DNA of 64,000 bases, from assembly GCF_001194135.2 (NCBI RefSeq), contig NC_069005.1, positions 19,859,907-19,923,906 of the forward strand, written 5' to 3'. The notes under the pieces were generated by a model, which was given only the letters and a program-made list of their open reading frames with translations, had not been told where the DNA came from and ran no database searches. A program made the translations under genes and the position numbers. Below, in pieces: positions 13,720 through 25,900 of this stretch. Source of the DNA: Octopus bimaculoides. Its lineage: Eukaryota. How positions within the stretch are numbered: the stretch's first letter is position 1; every line of letters starts with the position of its first letter.

Positions 13720-14050
13720 GCTTTTTTAAGCTGGCATGGGCTGGAAAACGCTTGTGGCAGTATTCCATGGTCAAATGCTCTTCCTGATGCCAACCATAAC
13801 TTGTTTTCGAATAAGCCACTGCATATCACTGGTCTTTCCATGTTGAACTGCTGAACATGTTGTTCATGCTGCACATAAACAAATGTCATTGTTGAACATA
13901 TGTATACAACATTTAATGCTGGCATGGGTAAGCTAGTTTAAGAGGATCTGGGCCAGAGGACTGCATCATGCTCCAATATCTGCTTTGGCATGGTTTCTAC
14001 AGCTGGATGCCCTTCCTTACACCTACCACTACACAGCCTCTACTGGGTGC
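13720..14050 (-). mobile_element. two RTE-LINE 3' tail fragments
   Basis: GCATGGTTTCTACAGCTGGATGCCCTTCC and ATGCTGGCATGGG are reverse complements of the RTE tail at 2040-2232 and 51640-51795. Confidence 0.55.
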
Positions 14051-15349
14051 TTCTTTTCTCGGTACCAGCATTAGTGAGGTTACCATGCATCTTGCAAATC
14101 TACAATCCCTTTCAACTAAGTTGGGCTACCGCAGGGTGGGGTGGGGGCATCTTTATGCTAGATGTGAGATTAAGATATGACAGAAGAGGCCAGGCATGCA
14201 TATTTCATCTGAATGTTTATTTCTATAATAATAATAAAAAAAAATTATAAGAGGCAGTTTGCACAGAAATCTTCTCTTTCTCAGCACTTTACATTTTCAT
14301 TTCACTGTCTTGAGATTGGTAGTTGGTGGATGGCATTTGATCTTTTTGAAATTTTATTTACTTTTTGGATATTTCAGATTTTTATGTTGTGGAGTTTCTT
14401 CACTTCTTGCCTCTCATTTGTCTTTTCCCAAACAGTAGTGATCACTGTTATCATCATTGACATCATCTTGAGGAGCTGCATCACTGTCATCATCATCATC
14501 ATCATCATCATTAACATGATTATCATATCATCGTTATCATCATCATCCTCAATATCATCATCACTACTACAACCATGAACATCATCATCATAATCATCAT
14601 TCTTGATCTTCTCAACATCATCCTAAATTTGGCTTATTATTAAGCAAGAGAAATATCCAAGAGAATTACTTGCTAAGTATACTTCGCAGGAAGATACTGT
14701 GGTACTTAATTAAGTTTGGGTTCAAATCCCTAGTTTCATCTCTCCACCCTAACAACAACTACAATCAGAGTCAGTAAAATAAAATAAGGTACCAGGGTAC
14801 ACTGAGGCTGATTTCCTTCTTTTTTTTTTCAACTATACATATCACTCCCCTTATCAGCCTGTATTTGGGTGTAGATATTAAAAAAGGGAATGGTTAATGT
14901 ATGGAGGCTTGTAGATGTCAATGTCCATAGAGTACCATACAGCACAAAATACCTTGTGGTGTTTCATTGGGTGATTCACTTTGATAGTTCTATGCCCCAC
15001 CTTTTCTTCAGTTTGTTGCTCTGCACTGACATTAGAAATAGCAGCCATGTACATTCCTTTAGCTTCTGAGTTCAAAATCCAGCTAGGTAGTGTATGGATG
15101 GGGGAAGGTCATCTTCTGGCAAAAACCTTCCAAGCATGGGTCAATATAAGCGCTTGTCCAAGTACTGGGTACAGGGTTTAATTAACTACACCCTTCTACT
15201 AAAACTTGTGACTAGCATCCACCACTACCACAACCACCAGTACCATCTTCATCATCATCATCATCATCATCGTCGTTATTAAGAGCACACATCTTTTTTT
15301 TTCATGCTACACCAAATCATTATCATAACTGAATGTATTAATTTGGAGA

Positions 15350-15505
15350 CACCATGCCATAGTTAGGACAGATAGTATCAACTTACTATGGTTAGGACAG
15401 ACAATATTTTGTAGGGGATACACCATACTTTGGTTAGGACAGACTGTATTTTCCAGGGGACACACCATACTTTGGTTAGACAGCCTTACCTAGGGACACA
15501 ATGGT
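15350..15505. repeat. short minisatellite, unit about 30-40 bp, 4 copies
   Basis: Repeated ACCATACTTTGGTTAGGACAGAC-like units. Confidence 0.65.
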
Positions 15506-15637
15506 CACAAAATGCATTTTCTGTCATCCTGTGGACAAAAATATTAAAAAAATTCACTTAAGTTTTTAAAAATATGACATTGTTTTATTTATTTGTTCAG
15601 TTTTTTATTTGTTGGTATCTATGTGTTTATATGTGTG

Positions 15638-15674
<37 letters not shown>

Positions 15675-15749
15675 GTTTAGTGCTGGTGTAGGCTGTATGT
15701 GTTTGTCAGTATAGCTCATGATTATACTGTTTGCATATGTTGTAGCTTA

Positions 15750-15792
<43 letters not shown>

Positions 15793-16096
15793 CTCTCTCT
15801 CGTTCTCTCTCTGTATGTGTGTGTTTGTATAATGCCCAAATAAGTGTGTACATATCAGTTCACATATATGTATTCAGAATTTATACATGTTAATGTATGG
15901 TTTGTTTGTTTGTGTGTATGCATGTGTGTGTGTGTGTGTGTGTCTATGTATACACACATTCACACATACATGAATGTATGTGTGTTTATTTGTAATACTT
16001 GTGCACTTTTGTGCATGTACACATTTATATATGTAATGTCAGTGTTTTTGTTTGTGCATATTTATCGGTTTTTATAGATACCCCAACACTCTATTC

Positions 16097-16153
<57 letters not shown>

Positions 16154-16948
16154 NNNNNNNNNNNNNNNNNNNNNNNNNNNNNNNNNNNNNNNNNNNNNNN
16201 NNNNNNNNNNNNNNNNNNNNNNNNNNNNNNNNNNNNNNNNNNNNNNNNNNNNNNNNNNNNNNNNNNNNNNNNNNNNNNNNNNNNNNNNNNNNNNNNNNNN
16301 NNNNNNNNNNNNNNNNNNNNNNNNNNNNNNNNNNNNNNNNNNNNNNNNNNNNNNNNNNNNNNNNNNNNNNNNNNNNNNNNNNNNNNNNNNNNNNNNNNNN
16401 NNNNNNNNNNNNNNNNNNNNNNNNNNNNNNNNNNNNNNNNNNNNNNNNNNNNNNNNNNNNNNNNNNNNNNNNNNNNNNNNNNNNNNNNNNNNNNNNNNNN
16501 NNNNNNNNNNNNNNNNNNNNNNNNNNNNNNNNNNNNNNNNNNNNNNNNNNNNNNNNNNNNNNNNNNNNNNNNNNNNNNNNNNNNNNNNNNNNNNNNNNNN
16601 NNNNNNNNNNNNNNNNNNNNNNNNNNNNNNNNNNNNNNNNNNNNNNNNNNNNNNNNNNNNNNNNNNNNNNNNNNNNNNNNNNNNNNNNNNNNNNNNNNNN
16701 NNNNNNNNNNNNNNNNNNNNNNNNNNNNNNNNNNNNNNNNNNNNNNNNNNNNNNNNNNNNNNNNNNNNNNNNNNNNNNNNNNNNNNNNNNNNNNNNNNNN
16801 NNNNNNNNNNNNNNNNNNNNNNNNNNNNNNNNNNNNNNNNNNNNNNNNNNNNNNNNNNNNNNNNNNNNNNNNNNNNNNNNNNNNNNNNNNNNNNNNNNNN
16901 NNNNNNNNNNNNNNNNNNNNNNNNNNNNNNNNNNNNNNNNNNNNNNNN

Positions 16949-19900
16949 CCACCCCCACCTCCTCCACTTGACCTCCCCCCACCTCCGAACCTCCCCCGCC
17001 TCTCAGGGCCCCACCCACCAACTCGTAGTGCTTCATTGAATGTCAAAACAGGTCAAATGTCAAATAATTTGAATAGCTCCCCATTTCGGCAGTCTGGCCG
17101 TGCGAGGTCTTCAACGAAAGGAAGCCACACAAGTAGCATCTTGAGGTCTGGCTTTTTGGATACGTCAGATCTGGAAGACTGTCGGACACCTGAGATCAGT
17201 GAACTGAATTTCTCTGTAGGACAAGGTACACCTGTTGCATCAGAAAGCGGATCAAGAAGCATTCAACACCATGCCCCCTCAGTGGATTCAAACAGGTTTG
17301 CATTGACTTCAAAACCAACAAGCAAAATCGATGAGCCCATCCCAGTGTTACTGAAATGCCAGACTTGGTGCAACAAAATACCTGATGCTGGAGACAAAAA
17401 GGCATCCGTTCCTGAACCAAAAATGAGTGAAGAATTACGAAACATTGAATCATTTGAGTCAGCAATGTTGGACTGGTTTCAGACACTTACACACGCAAAT
17501 GACACAGATGACTTAAAATCAGAAACGTCAGTGAGTTCTGTTGGTTCCCGCAAGTCTGAATATCGGCTCCGGTCAATCATATCCAACCGTTTCCAAACGT
17601 CAGACCAAATTGAGAATGTTCTCACTGATTTACTGGCTGTCTCTGATCAATATGCACAGCTCACTGATTCAGAGTCTATAGGCTCAGCAGCTTTGGATCC
17701 TCTAAAGTCAAGATATCGAGCTTTCGGTCACAAGCCTGGTTCAGCTTACCGGTCTCAAATGTTCCGAAGAACTTCTGGATATCGAAGTGGGGATATGTCT
17801 GAAACAGAGTCCGATTCTGAGAGACCTGCACATCCAAGTAGTTACAAGACCGTCTTATCTGAACTTCAGGCAGTTTTGAGGAAAAGAAAAGTCACACTTA
17901 AAACACCATCTGTGGAATCTGGTTTGGGTTCCTCTGAAAATTCTATGAAAGCTACCTCTGAGACCATGTCACCACCTATTTCCAGGCAGAGCAAAGCTTC
18001 ACCCCCTCCTGCTCCACCTCCTAAACCTCAGATGGCAAAGGTACATGAAGCTAAGCCAGATGCAGTCCAAACAGCCAGTAAAACCCAACGACGGCCATTA
18101 GTGAATTCAGGTGATTTTCACGTTCTGTTGGGTGAATTAAGTACAGCATGGTCTAAGCGTCTCAGAAGAATACGGAAAGCTCAGATGGTCTCACAGAGAG
18201 GAGTGGAAAGTTCGCTGTATGCCAACTTCCAAGGGTTCCGTGTCCCTGAAACACTGGCCAGCGAAACATCATCAAAATATAAGAACTTTGAAGGGGTTCA
18301 GACTCCAGCTGAATCAATAGCTGAAGAAGATGCTGAAGATCTGAAGAATTATGAGAGTTTCGAAGCAAGAAAATCTAAATTTATGGCTAACAGCTCGTCA
18401 CGTCAATACGAAAGTGATCAAGAATTGTCAAGACCTTCGTTTGGCAGAATTCGGGGTCCTGGCATGAATAATGACATGGTACGGCCCTCAAGAGTATCCG
18501 TCAGAAAACAAGCATTCCAGTCTCCAAATGAAAAGCAGTCAAGGAGGAAACCTGATCTGGAGACGTGCTCACTCCATTCTTTTGGTGTCCGGCCTTTTCC
18601 CAAAATGCAGAACAATGTTGGAACTGCTGTTGTCAGTGATAATGAATTTGATGATCGAAATCAGAGTTTTCGGATGCATCGGTCACGGCATAACCCTGAA
18701 CAACATCGTATATGGCAAAACATTGAGTATATTCAGGTTAATTCGCGACAGACTCCTTCAAGACATGGTTCTGAGCAAAGTCTTTCACAGCTAAAGACAG
18801 AATCACAGGGTCGGCCACGACGACGTGAACGTACTCCACAAATTGTTGAACAACAGTCTTCCCAGCAGCCTCTTCAACATTCTCAGTCAAGAGAGGATGT
18901 CAGTTCCTCTTCCCTTCACCATTCTAGGGATATTTCATCCAAACCAAAAGTGGATGAAAAGATCCCCTCTCGAGAAGATAGCAAGGAACAACCAAAACAT
19001 GAATCTTCTACAGTATTAACATTGTCCAATAGCAACCAAGGTCCAAAAGTGAAAGCAGTCAGTAAAAAGACAGACACTAAATCTGAATTTCATAAAAGAA
19101 TTGAGCAAATTTCAGTTGATGATTTCAATAGATCTGCTGACCCAGAAGTAAGGAAATTCTTGGTAGCTGGTGTAACAGATGTATCAAAGCAGCTACAGTC
19201 TACAATTTCTGAGGCAACAGAGAAACCAGCACCACCAAGTATGAAGCTATCTTCACCAGTTAATCAGAACATCGAACCTACCAAGGCACCAAGCACTGAT
19301 CATATGAATGTTGGGGATGAAAAGGAGATTATTTTAGAAAGGCTACAGAAAATTGGAGATAATAAATTTGTCAGCAAAGAAGAACTCCCAGATTTGCCAA
19401 TGGATATTGTTAAAGCCAGTGCCATGATAGTAAAACCATTAGTTACGTCCAATCTGAACAAATTAATTAGTGGTAGAAAGGAAGAAGAGAAACCAAAAAG
19501 CTTGGAAAAGTCTGAAGCAGTTCTTAATTTCTCTGATACAGTTGTGCAAGAGCAAACGGTTCTGTCAGAATATGAAGACAATGTCATTTTGGATGGCATT
19601 GAAGACAGATTAGTTCCAGAAAAGAAACCAGATACTTCTGATGGATTTGATATGGATAACAGCAGAATCTTGTCTGAAATAAATGTTGACCAAAAGTTAT
19701 CCCTGGAAGAACCTAATGAAAGCGAGTCTGTTATCAGTGAGGCCAAAGTTGAAATTACATCTACAAAAACTACAGCCGTTACAGTGCTTCAAAGTTCAGT
19801 CTCTGAAGAACACAAAGCAAGTGATGCTGTATTAAAGAGTGAAGGTATTACTGAAGATCAACAAGCAACAGATGGTTTGGTGGAAGATGGTGAAGATCAT

Positions 19901-22900
19901 GTGACTTCATCAAATATCTCCATCAATTTAGATCATCCTCTCATAGGAATGGAAAAACAGTCAATAAATGTTAAAGAAAGTGACCAAGAAACACAACACA
20001 AATCTGAGACCATTCTCGTCCTTCCTGATACAAAAGCACCACAACAGAATGAAGTCGGTGAACCTGTCACTGTAGACAGTTTGAAATCCTCAACTGTTGT
20101 CTTGTCTTCAGTAAACACAGAACATTCCTTATCTTCTGAAAATCTCCTCATTGATTCCTTAACATACGAGAACAATAAGGAACAAACTGAGAATTTAGAG
20201 GTAACACCTGAAGAAGCCAGTAGTACAGAAGTTGTACCAATGTCACAAGACCTGCCAGTGTTACAAGATGTGCCAGTGATACAAGATGCCAAGGTTTCTT
20301 CAGCACAAATTGAATTAGGCCAATCAGAAGAAAACATCGAAGAAATAGCTAATGTGTCTGTGACATTATCTCTGGGTGAAAATTCTGATTTAAAGAAACC
20401 AGAAGAGTCAGTGCTTAAACCAGAAGAGTCAGTGCTTAAACCAGAAGAGTCAGTGCTTAAACCAGAAGAGTCAGTGCTTAAACCAGAACAGTCACTGGTT
20501 AAACCAGAAGAATCACTGGTTATACCAGAAGAGTCACTGATTAAGACTGAAGAGTCACTGGTTAAACCAGAAGAGTCACTGACTAAGCCTGAAGAGTCAC
20601 TGGTTAAACCAGAAGAATCACTGGTTAAACCAGAAGAGTCACTGACTAAGCCTGAAGAGTCACTGGTTAAACCAGAAGAATCACTGGTTAAGCCAGAAGA
20701 GTCACTGACTAAGCCTGAAGAGTCACTGGTTAAACCAGAAGAGTCACTGGTTAAGCCAGAAGAGTTGCTGGTTAAGCCAGAAGAGTCACTGGTTAAGCCA
20801 GAAGAGTCACTGGCTAAACCAGGAGAGTCACTGGCTAAATCAGAAGAATTACTGACAAAGCCTGAAGAGTCACTGGCTAAACCAGATGAAAAAGACGAAG
20901 AAAAGGAATCTTTGGATGTGAAACAAATTTCTTGTGAGCAAGAAGACAATCAGATTGAGCATGACCAACTTGTCGAAGAGAAGGGTTTGAAGAAGAGTGA
21001 GGCAGAAGAAAGCAAACAAGAAACCTCTGATATCTCTGAGATAATGGTTACGTTTGATGACTTGCAGAAGGAATTGAGATTAATGGAATCTTCTTTGGAA
21101 GAAAACTCTGCAAAAGGTCCAACAATAGAGAGTATGCTTCAGGAGGCATTGGTAAAGACGTATTCAGTTGATGTTCTGTCACAGTTGAATCAATCTGATG
21201 AGGATAGCTTGGAACCAGGGATAATCTGTGGTCAGTGGATTAAGAAGGGGACGACAGTTAAATCTGAAAGTTCAGTGGTGAAAGAGGAATTCAAGCATGA
21301 AACTCAAGTCAAAGATTTTGGGGAGGAATTGGTAAATGCTGGAGACCTGACAGGTTCTGTTTCAGAGCAATTAGACAGTGGTGAAGGTGAGTTGAAAACT
21401 GAAAATCTTGGTTTTGCAGAGCATGAAGAATTTGATAATGTTCAGAAAATCCCTAGTGAATATTTATTCATAGAAAATGAAATCTATGACAATGTTCCAA
21501 GTATAACAGATGGTTCCATCCCATTTGTATCTGCTGAATCAAAATCATCCGAGGCATTGCTAAAGAAGGAGGAAGAAGAACACGCAGAAAATCTGGCAGA
21601 ACAAATGATTCCCAGTAACATAATGTCTATGGAGACTGTAACATCTTCGAGAACATCATTTGTCTTGGAGGAAACATCTATTCCAGCTGCATTAAAATTG
21701 GAGGCATCCATTTCAGGGCCAACCGATTTGGAAACCTCTGCTCAGGCAACAGCAGAACTTGAACCAACATATACCTTGACACCGTTAGAGCAAGACAGTT
21801 GTATTGTGGAACCAGCTCCAGTGGTAACTCGTACAGAGATGGAGCCACCTACAGAGGTGTCAACAGGGCTGGAATCATACATAGAGCCATCAGCAGACAT
21901 GGAATCGCATATAGAAACATCAGTAGACCTGGAGTCATGTAGAGAAATATCAGTAGATTTTGATTCACCTACAGTAGAATTATCAGAAAAACAGCAAGCA
22001 CCTATTGATGCATCAGCAGAGCTGGAGAGGCTTAGGATGGCACTGGCACAAATGGAGCCATCAAGTGTGATACCTCCACAGCAGGAGCCATCGTCTGAGG
22101 CACAATCACAACTGGAGGCTCTTAGAATGGCACTGGCACAAATGGAACCATCAAGCACAACACCTCCGCAACTGGAGTCACCAAGTGCAATACCTCCACA
22201 ACTGGAGCCGTCATCTGAGGCACAATCACAATTGGAGGCTCTAAGATTGGCACTGGCACAAATGGAGCCAGTAAATGCAACACCTCCACAACCAGAGCCA
22301 TCAAATGTCACACTTCCACAGTTGGTACCATCAGCCATGGCACAGTCACAACTGGAGAAACTTAGTATGGCACTGTCACAAATGGAATCATCACCTGCAG
22401 CACTCCCACGACTGGAGCCATCGGCTGTGGCACAGTCACAGTTGGAGAAACTTAGTGTGGCACTGTCACAAATGGGATCATCAACAGTGGCATCTTCACA
22501 GCTGGAGCCAACAACAGTGGCATTATCTGAATTGGAATCATCCATTGAGGCTGTACCAACGGAGTTGCAGCTGTGTGCCATGCAGGTAACAGAGGTGGAG
22601 TCATCTAGCATAGGAACAGTGGGAGTGTTCACTTTAAAAGAGCAACAGCAGATTCCTGAAATGGAAAAATCTATTCCATTAACTGATGAGGTTGTTACTG
22701 AAGCTGCACTTTTGGTTGATACCTCAAACAGTGAACTGTTTGAGATTCCTGTTGAAATCCATGCTGAAGTGTCTGTTGCTGATGTGCAATTGGTGCCAGA
22801 TTTGGAACTGACCGAGGCACAACCCTTCTCAGCAACTCCCCTTTTTAAATTGCCTCAGGAATCCACTGACAATGATGCATTGTCCAGCTCTGAAGTAACA

Positions 22901-25900
22901 GTAACAAATCAAGCTGTTCTGGAAGAACGTCTCACCCCTTGTTATCCTGAAACACTTGATGTGCAGAATGTTGCAGAACAGTTGGTGCCAGAAGTGGAAA
23001 CGCATCAGGCAGAGAAGTTTCCATTGTTTACAATAGAAACTGCACAGCCTTCATTTGAACTTGCAGACTTTGTGGCACCATCTGAAATATTAATAGGTGA
23101 AGCTGAGTCAGAGACACAGGAAGTGTCAAAGGTACGAGAGGAGCCTGAAGTATCTAACTTGGCAGCACAGAAAGGGGCTGCAAATGATGTTAGCTTTGAG
23201 ACTAAAGTTGTGACAAATGAAAGTAATTATTTAGAAAGAATTGATATAATCAGTCGAGATCTTCACAATTTAATGCCAGTTAGCAAAGTTGACGTTGCCG
23301 AAGAATCAAATGGCAATCTCTCTGATAGTTCTGATGAGATATTTCAAGACACACTTTGCGACAATTCTCCTATGTTTCGCCGAAAATACACGGAAATTGT
23401 TCGTGCAGAAATTGGAACCAGAATGGAAACACTTCATACTTATCAGAGAGACTTATTGTTGGAAATTGAGGAAGATGATGATGATGATGAAGAATTTGTT
23501 GAAGCTGAAGGAGAGGCTATGTGCTGGGACTCTTTTAAAGAGTCTTGGAATATCCAGGGAACTTTGGAAACTCAAACAACTGTAGAGAAGTGTGTTGATG
23601 ATGATGATGATCGATCTCTTCCAACCATTTATGAAGCAACTGAAGACCGAACGGAAGCTGTTGTTAGCAAGACTGTTGAAGTCTTTGAGGGATTGGAATC
23701 AGCTGCTAATCAGTGTGTTGAGAACCTTGAGAAAACCTCCAAAGAATTGGCTCTGGCAGAAGCTGATGAAATATCCATCTATTATGGGGCTGAAATGACT
23801 GATTCTGCTGAGTGTAAGGAAGAACACGATGTCCTTGACAATGCTGTCTTGGTAGAAGATGATAAAGAACTTGTTGAAGCACTTCCTAGCTGTGAAGAAC
23901 TAGAAGATGGATCAAAGACAGTTCAGCCAAGTGAAATGAAACGATCTGAAGCAATTACTGACTTTGGTGAAACATCTGAGAAAGAAACATTTACAGTGAA
24001 AGAGTCTGAAGAATTTTCTGGTGAGCTATCATCTGAAACCCCTCTCATGAAATCTGATGAGAGTTTTGGAAATCTAGTGCAATACTTGGAGTCAGATAGC
24101 CTCAATGATCTTGAGGAATTTGAGCGTATTGAATTGGCATGTGAAGAACTTTCTAAGAACAAGCTAGTAGATCTCCAAGACAAGCCAAACAAAGATGAAT
24201 GTGTTGAGAAGACTGAAAAACCTCACAAAGCTAATGGTTTAGAGGAATCTTCAGACTTAGACATTATGAAGAGCCAGCAGATAATTTTAACCAAGGAATT
24301 AGAAGTAGATGAGAGTGATGAATCTGCTGATTTAATGGTTGATACCAGTGATGCAGTTAACAGAGCGAAGACCAAAGTCAGTGAGCAAAGTTCTGTGTCT
24401 CTTCTTCAGAATAGTGAGGAAATTGAAGTGGAAGATCAGATTGAATATTATGATTATATGAGATTAAGGAGCTGTGAAGAAGAACAAGTTTATGTTGCTC
24501 TTCACAGTGAGGGTGGATTATCTGAAAATGGTGAGATTAAAAACGAGGGTGGAAAAGTGGAACATAGAAGAGAAGTTGCTCAGAAAATATCTGTTGTTAC
24601 TTCTGATCAAAATGTAGAAATAACTGCATCTACTGTAGCAGATGATGCATTGCTTGCAGATTATGGCAGTGAAGATGTCTCTGAGAATATTACCAGAAGT
24701 GTTTGTATTGACAATGTTGATGTGGTGAAGGACATCACAATGGAGTCTTATTCCAAAGATAGTGAAAACGGTGAGGTACTGAAAATCGATGCCTTGAACT
24801 CCACCAATCTTTCTATTAATGCTAACGAAATATCTATCACTACAACTACAGAAGCGAATTCTATTGAAGAATCCATCAGAGCAGAAAATGGCTTGTCTGA
24901 AAAAACAGGTTTTGTTACATCAGAAGAAAATTCCACAGAGATGGAACTGCTGGAAATCTCTCCCAAACAAGAAACATCTTTGTTGGGCGACAACAGCAGC
25001 AATTTAAGTGGTGAAACTGTGAAAGATAACCAATGTGATGTGGTGGTTGACATCAGTGTCATTACCAGTGAAGTTAAAGGAGAACAGAAGGTCCCGTGTT
25101 CCGTTGATTTGTCTGGTGCTGAAACACAAACCCAGGAGACCAATGAAAATATGGTTATGGAATTGCCAGAAATTGATGCTGACTTGAATGTCAGTTCTGA
25201 ACATTCTTCACCAGAAAGCAGTTCTACCTTTTCAATTTCCCAAACCTCTTCCTCTAATTCATGTCCTTTTGCATCAGATATTTCACTGAACAGATTGCAA
25301 CCTGCTGACAAAGAATTCCAACAAGACCAGCTTGAAGATTTAAAAGACAGCACTTCAGAATTGTCTCAAATCCAAGAGAATAGTGAGATAACAGCCGTTG
25401 TCACCACAAAGAAGAAAAGGAGAAGGAAGGCGAAGAAAAACAAAAACAACAAAGATAAGCCTGGAACTCTTCCCTTGGAAGACCAGGAAGTTTGGGAAAA
25501 TGATGATGTCATTGGGCAGGATGAAATGACTGAGGAATATTCTGGAGAGTGTCTCTTGGTTGAAGACTCTGTTGAAGAGTTGTCTGTACAGAAGGTTTGT
25601 TCTTCCCAGTCTAGTGCAGAAGTTCATTCCACAGTTGCTACAGCTGGGGCTGAATTTACTGAATCATTGACTTTAGAAAGTGATGAGTCAGTGGAACATT
25701 CTAGACATTCGTCAGTTGAGAACTCTGTGACTTTTTCACACTCTGATATTGTGAAAGTCATTTCAAAGAATGAAGAAGAAATAACAGAAGAAAATACTTC
25801 ACAAGAACAACATCAAGCCAATCAGGATAAGGCAACTGAAACAACTTTACAACAAGTAGCTAATCAAAATGACACAACTTTACAAAATCTAGCAAATCAT

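Noticed and set aside
16052-16948. N-terminal part of the 3970-aa ORF call (MCIFIG...CVCVCV plus X run)
   Set aside because: It is a (GT)n microsatellite plus an assembly gap and is intronic. Real coding sequence is visible only from 16949.
19300-25353. Minus-strand Ser-rich ORFs (148-338 aa) overlapping the giant exon
   Set aside because: These are antisense shadows of the repetitive plus-strand coding sequence.
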